Below, piece by piece: positions 1 through 10,654 of a DNA stretch of 64,000 nucleotides. The stretch's first letter is position 1; each line of letters begins with the position of its first letter. The notes under the pieces were generated by a model. That model was not told the DNA's origin. It saw only the letters and a program-made list of their open reading frames with translations, and did no database searches. The position numbers and the translations under genes are program-made. The stretch comes from a virus. The DNA lies in the IMG/VR virus record IMGVR_UViG_3300025400_000011, positions 32,001 to 96,000 of that record, one strand, 5' to 3'.

Positions 1-878
1 CTTACCCATCAGCTGTAAACGGTAACGGTGTCATTGACGAAACAACTGGTGATTTATGGGTATACGCTAACGGTACTTGGACTGATGTCGGTCAAGTAAA
101 GGGTGATAAAGGTGATTCTGGTACCTCAGGTTGGTCTGGTATATCAGGTTTTTCTGGTCAATCAGGCTTCTCTGGTTTCTCAGGCTTTAGCGGTGACCCT
201 GTTAACATTTCTAGTCAGTTAATAATGGCTACTAACTCGTTTAGCGCTGGTCAAGTACTAAGACTAAACTACGGAGACGGTTTATGGTACCTAGCTCAAG
301 CTAATAACGTTGTAAATGCTGAAGCAACTGGTGTAGTAGAATATGCTACTTCGAGTCTATTCTATATTGTATATAACGGATTAATAACTTTCAACACTTC
401 TGATATTAATAACTTAGTACCAGGGGATTGCTTATTCCTTTCACCAACAGTTGCTGGTGCTACAACTTCAGATAATGTAAGTGCATTAAACACAGTTTCA
501 AAACCAATAATGCGCGCTGTTTCAAGCAACGTTGCAGTAGTTGTTAATGAACGTGGCATATTAAACACTAGCGATAATGTTCTTAACTCTTATGTTCCGG
601 CAACATATGTAACAAATGCCTACTATACAGCTACACCTAGTGATTACTTTATCGGAGTAAATGTAGGGGGTCAAGCAACAGTTACACTACCGGTTGGTAC
701 ACCAGGTAAGACATACACCATTAAGGATATGTCAGGAAATGCTAACACAACAACAAATCTTATTACTATATCCGCAACAAACCCAGATCTGATTGATGGA
801 AGCACGTTTGATGTGATCGATACACCTTACGAAACAGTTTCTGTAATATATATTGGAGGTATGTGGAATTTAGTTTAA
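1..878 (+). CDS. 5'-truncated virion fibre protein with short G-X-S tract and two C-terminal modules shared with the next gene
   Basis: Frame is open from position 3 (YPSAVNGNGVIDETTGDLWVYANGTWTDVGQVKGDKGDSGTSGWSG...) into the tracked ORF at 225. C-terminal NSFSAGQV.RL / KP.MRA..S..AVVVNERG / DY.IG.NV modules are paralogous to 934..4152. Confidence 0.8.
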   Translation, partial: YPSAVNGNGVIDETTGDLWVYANGTWTDVGQVKGDKGDSGTSGWSGISGFSGQSGFSGFSGFSGDPVNISSQLIMATNSFSAGQVLRLNYGDGLWYLAQANNVVNAEATGVVEYATSSLFYIVYNGLITFNTSDINNLVPGDCLFLSPTVAGATTSDNVSALNTVSKPIMRAVSSNVAVVVNERGILNTSDNVLNSYVPATYVTNAYYTATPSDYFIGVNVGGQATVTLPVGTPGKTYTIKDMSGNANTTTNLITISATNPDLIDGSTFDVIDTPYETVSVIYIGGMWNLV

Positions 879-905
879 AAACACTCTCAAAACCTGCTAA
901 AGAAA

Positions 906-913
906 TATAAATA
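906..913 (+). promoter_or_regulatory. T4-like late promoter TATAAATA
   Basis: Exact T4 late consensus, 20 nt before ATG 934. Confidence 0.65.
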
Positions 914-933
914 TTAACAAATAACAAACTACT

Positions 934-3900
934 ATGGCAAATTCATTCGTCTACTCAGCAATTAGAGGTGCATCCGGCTTTTCCGGCTTCAGCGGGCAAA
1001 TAGGTACGTCCGGTTGGTCAGGTATATCTGGTTATTCTGGTGCATCAGGTGCCATAGGCCAATCAGGCTACTCCGGTATCTCTGGTTATTCAGGCTTTAG
1101 TGGCTTCTCAGGTTGGTCTGGTATAAGCGGCTATAGTGGTTTTACAGGTATTTCAGGTTTTAGTGGTATCAGTGGTTATAGTGGTTTCACTGGTATTTCT
1201 GGTTATACTGGTATTAGTGGTTACACTGGTATAAGCGGCTTTAGCGGCTTTACAGGTATTAGTGGTTGGTCTGGTATTTCCGGTTACTCTGGCTTCACAG
1301 GTATTTCTGGTTATTCAGGCTTTACTGGTATTTCAGGTTATTCAGGCTTTACAGGTATTAGCGGTTTTAGTGGTATTAGTGGCTACTCCGGCTTTTCAGG
1401 CTTTACTGGTATCTCAGGTTTTACAGGTATCAGTGGTTATTCCGGCTTTACCGGTATTTCAGGTTATTCTGGCTTCTCTGGTATAAGCGGTTTTACAGGT
1501 ATTTCTGGTTGGTCTGGTTATTCTGGTATTAGCGGTTTTAGCGGCTTTACCGGTATTTCAGGTTATTCTGGCTTCTCAGGCTTTACCGGTATTTCAGGTT
1601 GGTCAGGTATTTCTGGCTACTCCGGCTTTACAGGCATAAGCGGTTACAGCGGCTTTACAGGTATTTCAGGTTATACTGGTATATCTGGTTTTACAGGTAT
1701 TTCTGGTTTCAGCGGTATTAGCGGTTGGTCAGGTATTTCTGGTTATTCCGGCTTCACTGGTATAAGCGGTTATTCCGGCTTCACTGGTATTTCAGGTTAT
1801 ACCGGTATTAGCGGTTATAGTGGTATTAGCGGCTATAGTGGTTTTACAGGTATTTCAGGTTATACTGGTATATCTGGTTACAGCGGCTTTACAGGCTTTA
1901 GCGGTTATTCTGGCTTTACTGGTATTAGCGGTTACTCTGGCTTTACTGGTATTTCAGGTTATACAGGTTTCTCTGGTATCTCTGGTGGTACCGGTGCATC
2001 CATTTACGGTAGAACGTACTACCTACAAGAAGTAACAAGTGATCAAAACCCAACAGTATTTGAAGTAATGTCGTTAGTACCAGGCGGTGGTGGTACAGAT
2101 GTAAACGACGACGTATTAGCTCTTAACTCTACCACAGCAGGTCCAGGTAGCCCAAGCGCTTACGGTTGGTACTTAACACCAATTGGGGAACCAGGCTTAG
2201 TTGAAATTCCAGCTGGTTTGTGGGAATTCGATTTCTATCGTAACGTTTCTGCTAGCGCAGCAAACTTTGTTATTAGCGTATATAGTTACTCAATGGCTAC
2301 AAGCGCTACTAGCGCATTCATCTTAAGTGCTGATTCAGGCCCTGTTACAGATACAGTTTCAACTTTCCAAAAATTAGGTTACGTTACAAGCACGATTACA
2401 AAACTTTCTGCAACAGATCGTATCTTATTACAAGTTGCAGCTTACACAACAAGTACAGCAACAATTAGCGCTTCATACCATTACAATGGTAGTTCGATAT
2501 ATTCCGCTTTACGTACTCCAATCGGTCAAGGTGTTAGTGGTACATCTGGTTATTCCGGTATTGGTACTTCTGGTTACTCTGGTTTTAGCGGTATATCTGG
2601 TTTTACTGGTATCAGTGGTTTCAGCGGTATCAGTGGCTGGTCTGGTATTTCAGGCTACTCCGGCTTTAGCGGTATATCAGGTTATACAGGTATATCAGGT
2701 TATAGCGGTATTAGCGGTTACTCAGGCTTTACTGGTATTTCAGGTTACACTGGTATTAGCGGTTATAGCGGTATTTCAGGCTTTAGCGGCTTTACCGGTA
2801 TTAGCGGTTTTAGCGGTATTAGCGGTTGGTCTGGTATCTCAGGCTACAGCGGCTTTACCGGTATTTCAGGTTATACTGGTATCAGTGGTTTCACAGGTAT
2901 TTCAGGTTATTCTGGTATCAGTGGCTACAGTGGCTTTACAGGTATAAGCGGTTATTCAGGCTTTACCGGTATATCAGGTTATAGCGGCTTCACTGGTATT
3001 TCAGGTTACACAGGTACATCTGGCTACTCTGGTTATAGCGGCTTTACAGGTATAAGCGGTTATTCAGGCTTTACTGGTATATCAGGTTACTCCGGCTTTA
3101 GCGGCTTTACAGGTATAAGCGGTTACTCAGGCTTTACTGGTATATCAGGTTTCTCTGGTATCAGTGGCTATAGTGGCTTTACCGGTGTATCTGGTTTCAC
3201 TGGTATATCAGGTTTCTCTGGTATTAGTGGTTGGTCTGGTATTTCAGGCTACTCTGGCTTTACAGGTATTAGCGGTTACTCTGGTTTCAGTGGCTTCACT
3301 GGTATTAGTGGTTACTCAGGCTTTACCGGTATATCTGGTTACTCTGGTATTAGTGGCTATAGTGGCTTTACTGGTATATCGGGTTATACAGGTATAAGTG
3401 GTTTCAGTGGCTTTACCGGTATTAGCGGTTTCAGTGGTATTTCAGGCTTCAGTGGTTACACTGGTATGTCTGGTGCTACAACAAATATTTCAAGTCAAGT
3501 CATTACATACACGAACAGCTTTAGCGCTGGTCAAGTAGTACGTCTTGACAACGGTTCAAGCGGTTGGTTCTTAGCTCAAGCAGACAATGTAACAGATGCA
3601 GAAGCAACAGGTGTTGTCGCATCAGCTTCAGCTACAGGCTTCACCATTATATACATGGGCTTGATTACAAATCTTGCAAGCTTAACTCCTGGTGAATGTT
3701 ACTTCTTATCACCAACAGTTGCAGGTGCTGTAACAACAGTTGCTCCAAGTGCTTTTGGTACAGTATCGAAACCGGTCATGAGAGCTATTACATCTTCAAC
3801 AGCTGTAGTAGTAAATGAACGTGGTTATCTAAACTCTGATAACGCGTTGTTACTATATCCAAACGTACAAGGTGTACGTCTAGTAACAAGCAACCCATAC

Positions 3901-4152
3901 GTTGTACAATCAACTGACGAATATATCGGTATTAACGTTGCTACTCCAACCACTGTTTATCTACCAGCAATCGCAGGTATACAACAGGGCTTGTATGTAA
4001 CTATTAAAGATGAATCTGGTAATGCTAAGACAAACAACATTACATTATCTGGTGCAGGCGTAACCGTTGATGGTCAAGCTACTTACTTGTTAAACTACAA
4101 CTACGAAGCTGTATCATTAATATACAACGGCACTAACTGGTTTATCATATAA
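934..4152 (+). CDS. G-X-S/T repeat (collagen-like) virion fibre protein with inserted globular domain
   Basis: 1072 aa; two long (G-[FYIW]-[ST])n tracts flank a ~175-aa GRTY...RTPIGQG domain; C-terminus is paralogous to the preceding gene. Confidence 0.8.
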   Translation: MANSFVYSAIRGASGFSGFSGQIGTSGWSGISGYSGASGAIGQSGYSGISGYSGFSGFSGWSGISGYSGFTGISGFSGISGYSGFTGISGYTGISGYTGISGFSGFTGISGWSGISGYSGFTGISGYSGFTGISGYSGFTGISGFSGISGYSGFSGFTGISGFTGISGYSGFTGISGYSGFSGISGFTGISGWSGYSGISGFSGFTGISGYSGFSGFTGISGWSGISGYSGFTGISGYSGFTGISGYTGISGFTGISGFSGISGWSGISGYSGFTGISGYSGFTGISGYTGISGYSGISGYSGFTGISGYTGISGYSGFTGFSGYSGFTGISGYSGFTGISGYTGFSGISGGTGASIYGRTYYLQEVTSDQNPTVFEVMSLVPGGGGTDVNDDVLALNSTTAGPGSPSAYGWYLTPIGEPGLVEIPAGLWEFDFYRNVSASAANFVISVYSYSMATSATSAFILSADSGPVTDTVSTFQKLGYVTSTITKLSATDRILLQVAAYTTSTATISASYHYNGSSIYSALRTPIGQGVSGTSGYSGIGTSGYSGFSGISGFTGISGFSGISGWSGISGYSGFSGISGYTGISGYSGISGYSGFTGISGYTGISGYSGISGFSGFTGISGFSGISGWSGISGYSGFTGISGYTGISGFTGISGYSGISGYSGFTGISGYSGFTGISGYSGFTGISGYTGTSGYSGYSGFTGISGYSGFTGISGYSGFSGFTGISGYSGFTGISGFSGISGYSGFTGVSGFTGISGFSGISGWSGISGYSGFTGISGYSGFSGFTGISGYSGFTGISGYSGISGYSGFTGISGYTGISGFSGFTGISGFSGISGFSGYTGMSGATTNISSQVITYTNSFSAGQVVRLDNGSSGWFLAQADNVTDAEATGVVASASATGFTIIYMGLITNLASLTPGECYFLSPTVAGAVTTVAPSAFGTVSKPVMRAITSSTAVVVNERGYLNSDNALLLYPNVQGVRLVTSNPYVVQSTDEYIGINVATPTTVYLPAIAGIQQGLYVTIKDESGNAKTNNITLSGAGVTVDGQATYLLNYNYEAVSLIYNGTNWFII
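967..3475 (+). repeat. Degenerate 9-bp-period coding repeat (Gly-X-Ser/Thr), interrupted at about 2000-2530
   Basis: GGY-NNN-TCN/AGY/ACN periodicity is directly visible. Confidence 0.95.
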
Positions 4153-4156
4153 AGTG

Positions 4157-4164
4157 TATAAATA
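4157..4164 (+). promoter_or_regulatory. T4-like late promoter TATAAATA
   Basis: Exact consensus, 18 nt before ATG 4183. Confidence 0.65.
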
Positions 4165-4182
4165 TTATTGCTTAAATGAATC

Positions 4183-7100
4183 ATGAGCAATACATTTGTA
4201 TACACAGCAATTAAAGGACAATCCGGTTTTTCAGGCGCGCAAGGTGTAGCAGGAGCTACAGGCACTTCTGGTTATTCCGGTATCTCTGGTTATACAGGTA
4301 TTAGCGGCTTCACTGGTATATCCGGTTATAGCGGCTTTACCGGCACTTCCGGTTACTCTGGTTTCACAGGTATATCTGGTTTTACAGGTATATCTGGCTA
4401 TACTGGCTTTTCAGGTATATCCGGTTATACAGGTATATCTGGCTATTCTGGTATCTCAGGCTTTAGCGGTTTTACTGGTATTAGCGGTTATAGTGGTTTT
4501 TCTGGCTTTACAGGCATCTCTGGCTATACCGGTGTAAGTGGTTACAGCGGTTTTAGTGGAACAAGCGGCTACTCTGGTATTTCAGGTTATTCAGGCTTTA
4601 CAGGTATATCTGGTTATACAGGTATATCTGGTTATTCAGGCTATTCAGGCTTTAGCGGTTTTTCAGGTATTAGCGGTTATTCCGGCTTTAGCGGTTTTAC
4701 AGGTATCAGTGGTTATTCAGGCTTTACTGGTATATCAGGCTTCACTGGTATAAGCGGTTACTCTGGTTTTTCTAGCTTTAGTGGTTATAGTGGTTTCTCT
4801 GGTGTATCTGGTCCAACAGGTGCTTCTATATACGGTAGAACATATTTTTTTAATGAAACCAATAGTGACCAACCTGCTTATGAAACAATTGCATTGACAC
4901 CGGGTGGTGGTGGGGTTACTCAATATGATGATGTTGCTTATGTTAACAGTACTAATAGTAATGCTTATAGTGCACAATCAATAGGTGGTTATTTAACTCC
5001 TATTGGAGAGCCAGGTATTGCAGAAATACCAGCTGGTATTTGGGACATTGAATGGTTTTATCAAGTAGGCGCGGGTGCAACAACACCAAACCCTTCTGCA
5101 GGCTTTGTATTTAGTTTGTATAGCTATTCAATGGCTACAAGCTCAACTAGTGCATTTATTTTAAGTGCAGATACAGGAGCAGTGTTTACAACAGCTGCAA
5201 CACCAACATATACTAAGTTTAGTTATGTAACAAGTAATATTACTTTACTTTCAGCTACAGATAGAATACTTGTTAATGTAGGAATGTATTCACCGAATAC
5301 ACAAACAGTATCGGCTACATTTATATATAATGGTGCAACTAATTATTCTGTAATTAGAACTCCAATCGGTCAAGGTGTATCTGGTGCTTCTGGTTATTCT
5401 GGTGTTGGTACTTCAGGTTATTCAGGCTTTACTGGTATATCTGGTTTTACAGGTATTTCTGGCTATAGCGGTTTTTCTGGTGCTAAAGGCTCTACAGGTA
5501 CATCTGGTTATAGCGGCTTTACAGGTATTTCTGGTTATACAGGTATATCAGGTTATAGCGGTATAAGCGGTTACTCAGGCTTTACAGGTATAAGCGGTTA
5601 TTCAGGCTTTAGCGGTTTTACTGGTATATCTGGTTACTCAGGTATTTCTGGTTGGTCTGGCTTCACTGGTATATCAGGCTTTACTGGTATTTCAGGCTAT
5701 AGTGGTTTTAGTGGTATAAGCGGTTACACCGGTATATCTGGCTATAGTGGTATCAGTGGTTTCTCAGGTTTTACAGGCATAAGTGGTTATACCGGTATAT
5801 CAGGCTATTCTGGTATTAGTGGTTTTTCAGGCTTTACAGGTATATCAGGCTTTACAGGTATTTCTGGTTACTCTGGTTTTACAGGTGTATCAGGCTATAG
5901 CGGCTTTACTGGTATTTCCGGTTATACTGGTATATCAGGTTATTCTGGCTTCTCTGGTTCTGCTGGGGTTTCCGGTTTTAGTGGTATATCTGGTTTTTCT
6001 GGTACAAGCGGTTTAAATGCTACTAATGTAAACGTAACATACAGCAACTCTTTTAGTCCAGGCAATGTTATATACAAAACTTCTGGTGGTTATGCTTTAG
6101 CACAAGCAAATGCAGCTTCTACATCAGATATTATTGGTGTTGTAATAAGTGCAACAGGTACATCATTTCAGTATGTAGCTAACGGCTACACTTCAGGCTT
6201 TACCGGTATTGTAGACGCTGCACAATACTATCTTTCAGATACTACAGCAGGTCTAATGACCACAACACCTCCTTCAGCTATTGGTTCTATTATTAAACCA
6301 GTAATGATTGGTATAGGTACTACAGCTGGTCTAATAGTTGAGTATCCTGGTTCACAGATTCAGGCTGCTAATGCAAATTCTGGTTATTCTGGTTTTTCCG
6401 GTGCAGGACAATCTGGTTACAGTGGTTTTTCTGGCTTAAAAGGCTCAACAGGCGCTCAAGGTTCTACAGGTAGTACTGGTACATCTGGTTATTCGGGCTT
6501 TAGCGGAACTAATGGTACAAATGGTACTAACGGTACTTCTGGTTATTCAGGCTTTAGTGGTACAAATGGTACTAACGGTACTTCTGGTTACTCTGGTTTT
6601 ACAGGCATATCTGGTTATAGCGGTTTTTCAGGCTTTTCTGGAGCATTTGCAGGTAGTACAGGTACTACAAATTATGTAGCTAAGTTTACAGGTACGAATT
6701 CATTAGGCACAGGCTTAATATACGACAATGGTACTAATGTTGGTGTTGGTCTAACAGCTCCTAATACAAGCTTACAAATAAATAACAATGGTACTTACGC
6801 TACGACCGGTAATATGAATACCGGTATAGTTGTAGGTAATAACACTAGCGGAGCAGCTCTCAACTCTGGTGCATATGATTCAGGTACTACTACGACTTCT
6901 TATGGCTGGTTTAATACTGGTTATGCCAATAATGCTAATATAGGCGTTTCTATGATTTTTGCTGCAGGTGGTACCGAAAAAATGCGTATTACTACTGGTG
7001 GTAATGTCGGTATCGGTACGACTGCACCTAGCGGTACACTTACAGTTGCTGGTTCTTTGTCAGCTAAAACAGCAAGTATAGCTCAAAACTTTACAGTGGA

Positions 7101-7452
7101 TGTTAACGGTAACGCTACTGCTGTATCGTTTACTTCAACATCTTCTAAAGTTGGTAAGACAAATATCAGACCATTATCATCTTTTATTGTAGATCCATTA
7201 GCAACTACTCAATTATTAAATGCAGTCGTGTATGATAGTTTAATTGATGTATCCGCTACTAACGAAATTGGTTTTATTGCAGAAGATGTATTACCAGTAC
7301 TACCAGCTGTAGTTTCCACAGAAGGAGATGTAGTTGTTGGTATTGATTATAGCCGTATAACAGCTCTTCTTACTGAAGCAGTTAAAGCACAACAAGTACA
7401 AATAAACAACCTAAATATATTAATAACGCAATTAAGTGCAAGATTAAGTTAA
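4183..7452 (+). CDS. G-X-S repeat tail fibre with C-terminal intramolecular chaperone (peptidase S74-like)
   Basis: 1089 aa; G-X-S tracts, GRTY domain, GNVGIGTTAP beta-repeats, then TSSKVGKTNI...IGFIAEDV...IDYSRITALLTEAVK plus coiled coil. Confidence 0.85.
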   Translation: MSNTFVYTAIKGQSGFSGAQGVAGATGTSGYSGISGYTGISGFTGISGYSGFTGTSGYSGFTGISGFTGISGYTGFSGISGYTGISGYSGISGFSGFTGISGYSGFSGFTGISGYTGVSGYSGFSGTSGYSGISGYSGFTGISGYTGISGYSGYSGFSGFSGISGYSGFSGFTGISGYSGFTGISGFTGISGYSGFSSFSGYSGFSGVSGPTGASIYGRTYFFNETNSDQPAYETIALTPGGGGVTQYDDVAYVNSTNSNAYSAQSIGGYLTPIGEPGIAEIPAGIWDIEWFYQVGAGATTPNPSAGFVFSLYSYSMATSSTSAFILSADTGAVFTTAATPTYTKFSYVTSNITLLSATDRILVNVGMYSPNTQTVSATFIYNGATNYSVIRTPIGQGVSGASGYSGVGTSGYSGFTGISGFTGISGYSGFSGAKGSTGTSGYSGFTGISGYTGISGYSGISGYSGFTGISGYSGFSGFTGISGYSGISGWSGFTGISGFTGISGYSGFSGISGYTGISGYSGISGFSGFTGISGYTGISGYSGISGFSGFTGISGFTGISGYSGFTGVSGYSGFTGISGYTGISGYSGFSGSAGVSGFSGISGFSGTSGLNATNVNVTYSNSFSPGNVIYKTSGGYALAQANAASTSDIIGVVISATGTSFQYVANGYTSGFTGIVDAAQYYLSDTTAGLMTTTPPSAIGSIIKPVMIGIGTTAGLIVEYPGSQIQAANANSGYSGFSGAGQSGYSGFSGLKGSTGAQGSTGSTGTSGYSGFSGTNGTNGTNGTSGYSGFSGTNGTNGTSGYSGFTGISGYSGFSGFSGAFAGSTGTTNYVAKFTGTNSLGTGLIYDNGTNVGVGLTAPNTSLQINNNGTYATTGNMNTGIVVGNNTSGAALNSGAYDSGTTTTSYGWFNTGYANNANIGVSMIFAAGGTEKMRITTGGNVGIGTTAPSGTLTVAGSLSAKTASIAQNFTVDVNGNATAVSFTSTSSKVGKTNIRPLSSFIVDPLATTQLLNAVVYDSLIDVSATNEIGFIAEDVLPVLPAVVSTEGDVVVGIDYSRITALLTEAVKAQQVQINNLNILITQLSARLS

Positions 7453-7461
7453 ATATAGAAT

Positions 7462-8493
7462 ATGGCTACTCCATTTACATATAGTATACAAGGTGTTTCT
7501 GGTTTTTCTGGTACTCAAGGTGCAACCGGTACGTCGGGATATTCTGGTTTTAGCGGACCTCAAGGGCCACAAGGATTTAGTGGAGCTGCAGGTACTTCTG
7601 GTTATAGTGGTATATCTGGTGCACAAGGTGCACAAGGAACTAATGGAACGATTGGGCAGAACGGTGCACAAGGTGCACAAGGCGCAACAGGTGCTCAAGG
7701 TGCAGCAGGTACGTCAGGATATTCTGGTTTTAGTGGAGCTAAAGGATCTACTGGAGCTCAAGGATCTACTGGTGCTCAAGGCTCAACAGGTGCTCAAGGC
7801 TCAACAGGTGCTCAAGGCACTTCAGGCGCTCAAGGCGCAACCGGTACTTCTGGTTTTTCAGGCCAGCTTGGCGCTAACACTACTGTGTATGTACAAAGTG
7901 GTTCAGTAAGTGGTGTACCTACAGCCGCGGGTAATGGTAATCTTTGGTGGAACACAGATACTGGTGCCTTAAACATTTGGATATCGTCTTCTAGTTCTTG
8001 GGTAGTTGCAGTGCCATATGTTGATCCTTCTACTATATTTAAAACTTCTGGTGGTAACATAACTGGTAACGTTGGTATATCTGGAGCGTTAAACGTAACA
8101 GGTGCTATTACAGCTACTAGTAGTATTACTGCTAATTATTCTGATAAACGACTTAAAGATATTAAAGGCAATATTTTAAATGCGTTGTCAAAAGTTTTAT
8201 TACTTAATGGTGTGAACTACACTGCTAATGAAACTGCTCAACGTTACGGTTATTCATCTGAAACTCCTGAAGTAGGTTTAATAGCTCAGGAAGTACAGGT
8301 AGTTTTACCTGAAGTTATTAAGTTAGCACCGTTCGATACTGTAACCAATGAAGATGGTTCAACATATTCTAAGAGCGGTGAAAACTATATAACTATACAA
8401 TATGAAAGAATGATTCCTTTACTTGTTGAGGCCATAAAAGAACAGCAAGCTCAGATAGAGGAACTTAAAGCACTCATTAAAGCAAAGGCCTAA
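7462..8493 (+). CDS. Collagen-like (GAQ/GST) short fibre with S74 chaperone domain
   Basis: GAQ/GST triplets, LWWNTDTGALNIW module, canonical SDKRLK...GLIAQEV...YERMIPLLVEAIKE. Confidence 0.88.
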   Translation: MATPFTYSIQGVSGFSGTQGATGTSGYSGFSGPQGPQGFSGAAGTSGYSGISGAQGAQGTNGTIGQNGAQGAQGATGAQGAAGTSGYSGFSGAKGSTGAQGSTGAQGSTGAQGSTGAQGTSGAQGATGTSGFSGQLGANTTVYVQSGSVSGVPTAAGNGNLWWNTDTGALNIWISSSSSWVVAVPYVDPSTIFKTSGGNITGNVGISGALNVTGAITATSSITANYSDKRLKDIKGNILNALSKVLLLNGVNYTANETAQRYGYSSETPEVGLIAQEVQVVLPEVIKLAPFDTVTNEDGSTYSKSGENYITIQYERMIPLLVEAIKEQQAQIEELKALIKAKA

Positions 8494-8496
8494 AGT

Positions 8497-9558
8497 ATGG
8501 CAAACCAGCTAAGTTTTCCAACTTCACCTTCAAGTGCACAAAGGTACATTTCTCCTATAGGGTGGGTGTACACTTATGACGGTTATACCTGGAATACAAC
8601 AGGTAGGTTAGGTATGGCTGGGTTTACAGCTGAAAACTCATTTTTATATCGTACCGTGTATACTCGTGGTTATGTACATTGCGGTTATCAAGGTGGTAGT
8701 CCTTGGCGTAATACTAATAGAACTATACATTTAACCGATACAACCACTAACTTAGGTGATATGATGGATAATGGTGCATCATACATTGACGGTGGGTTTA
8801 GTGATTATAACACGTATGTGTTTAATGACTCTGGTGCAGTTAATGGTACTTCTTCTTACACGTCATCAATGAGTATGACGACTGAATCTTTAAGAACTCA
8901 TAATAGTAATAGAGATTTAAAACAGTCTCGTGCAAACTGTAAAGCGTTAATGAACGCAGGACTCACTTCAATATATATTACTGGTGGTAACTCTTCTAAT
9001 ACAGATAAATTTTGCACTATTACAGATACAATGTTGTCATTAAGTCTTATTAGCGGTGGTAACTCAGGTCAAACAGCAGGTGGTCTTAGCGGTTTTTGGG
9101 GTCAGTACTATGGCTGGGTTAGTAGCGATAACTCTGGCACTAGTTGTTTTGCTTGGAGTACTGAAACTTATATAACAGTCATCAACTACAGTTTAGATAC
9201 AGACGGTCAACCGAAAGGTTTATCTAGTAAATGGGGATTTGGATACAACTCAACCGGTTCATATGCTGGTTCGTCAACATTATATAAGTTTAACGATACT
9301 AACGGTACTTCAGTATCAAGTTTTAGTCGTCCTGAATCTTGCGGAGAAGAAAATATGCAAGTAGGGCAAGATTGGGGATATGCCCTTGGTTCCTATAACG
9401 GTGGTAACCAAACAAATAACACTCAAAAGATATACTACACCACAGATACCTGTTCAGGTATGGGTTCCACTACTCAACCTAAAGGCCACGGTGGAATGTC
9501 ATCCGGTAGTTGCGGTTCTGGTAGTGTAACTTTATTAGGTGGTTCATTAGGTGGTTAA
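8497..9558 (+). CDS. Gly/Ser/Thr-rich virion-associated protein (possible beta-propeller), paralogue A
   Basis: N-terminal LSFP...YTYDGYTW module; collinear with 9571..10641. Confidence 0.65.
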   Translation: MANQLSFPTSPSSAQRYISPIGWVYTYDGYTWNTTGRLGMAGFTAENSFLYRTVYTRGYVHCGYQGGSPWRNTNRTIHLTDTTTNLGDMMDNGASYIDGGFSDYNTYVFNDSGAVNGTSSYTSSMSMTTESLRTHNSNRDLKQSRANCKALMNAGLTSIYITGGNSSNTDKFCTITDTMLSLSLISGGNSGQTAGGLSGFWGQYYGWVSSDNSGTSCFAWSTETYITVINYSLDTDGQPKGLSSKWGFGYNSTGSYAGSSTLYKFNDTNGTSVSSFSRPESCGEENMQVGQDWGYALGSYNGGNQTNNTQKIYYTTDTCSGMGSTTQPKGHGGMSSGSCGSGSVTLLGGSLGG

Positions 9559-9570
9559 ATAAATATTTTT

Positions 9571-10641
9571 ATGCCTTTAAGTTTTCCATCAACACATCCA
9601 GCAGGTACAATATACGAAGGGTTTGCCAATGGCTATCTTTATGTTTTTGATGGCTACGAATGGGTAATGACTCCAAACACGTTTACCAATGCTATATCAG
9701 CCTGGTTTACCAGCTTTTTATACCGTACACTTTACACTCGTGGGTATATGCACTGTGGATATCAAAATAGTTCACTTTGGAGAAACACTAACAGGACTGT
9801 ACATAGTACTGACGTTACCACCAATCTCGGTGATATGATGGATAACGTTGCAAACTATATGGATTGTGGGTTTAGTGATTATCATTCTTATGTGTTTAAC
9901 GATAGCGGTTCATTTCAAGGTAGTTCAACTACTGTTTCTAGAATGAATATGACTACAGAGTCGTTAATAGGATATACAGGTAATGCAAATATGACTGTAA
10001 GCAGGACAGATTGTAAAACGCTTATGAGCCCTACATTAACCTACATATATATTACCGGTGGTGGTAACTCTAGCACTGATAAACTTAATACCGTATCAGA
10101 TACAACTCTTAACTCCGGTAATGTTGGCGGATCAAGTTGTTCTGGTGGTACTGCAGGCGGTCTTAGCGGGTTCTTCGGTCAGTTTTACGGTACAGTTGGA
10201 GCAAACAGTTCATCAGCTTCTTTAAACTTTTCAAATGAAACCTGGACTACTGGTACCTGGTCTTTTGCTTCTAGTACTGACGGACAACCGAAAGGTCTAT
10301 CAAGTAAAGTAGGTTACGGGTATAACTCTTCAGGTACGTATAATGGTAGTTCAACATATTACAAATTTAACGATACAACAAGATCTCAAATCTCCTCATT
10401 CAGCCGTCCAGAATCTTGCGGGGAAGAAAACTGTGAAATAGGACAAGACTGGGGCTATACGTTAGGTTCTTATAACGGTAGTGGACAAACTAATAACTCT
10501 ACTAAAACATATTATACAACAGATTCTTGTGTATCAATGGGTTCCACTACTCAACCTAAAGGACACGGAGGTGCTTCTTCTGGCGGTTGCGGTACAGGTA
10601 GTTGTTCTTTATTAGGTGGACTTCCAGGCACATCAATGTAA
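9571..10641 (+). CDS. Gly/Ser/Thr-rich virion-associated protein, paralogue B
   Basis: Shares RGY.HCGYQ, TDGQPKGLSSK, RPESCGEEN and QPKGHGG.SSG with paralogue A. Confidence 0.65.
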   Translation: MPLSFPSTHPAGTIYEGFANGYLYVFDGYEWVMTPNTFTNAISAWFTSFLYRTLYTRGYMHCGYQNSSLWRNTNRTVHSTDVTTNLGDMMDNVANYMDCGFSDYHSYVFNDSGSFQGSSTTVSRMNMTTESLIGYTGNANMTVSRTDCKTLMSPTLTYIYITGGGNSSTDKLNTVSDTTLNSGNVGGSSCSGGTAGGLSGFFGQFYGTVGANSSSASLNFSNETWTTGTWSFASSTDGQPKGLSSKVGYGYNSSGTYNGSSTYYKFNDTTRSQISSFSRPESCGEENCEIGQDWGYTLGSYNGSGQTNNSTKTYYTTDSCVSMGSTTQPKGHGGASSGGCGTGSCSLLGGLPGTSM

Positions 10642-10654
10642 CTATTTAACGAAT

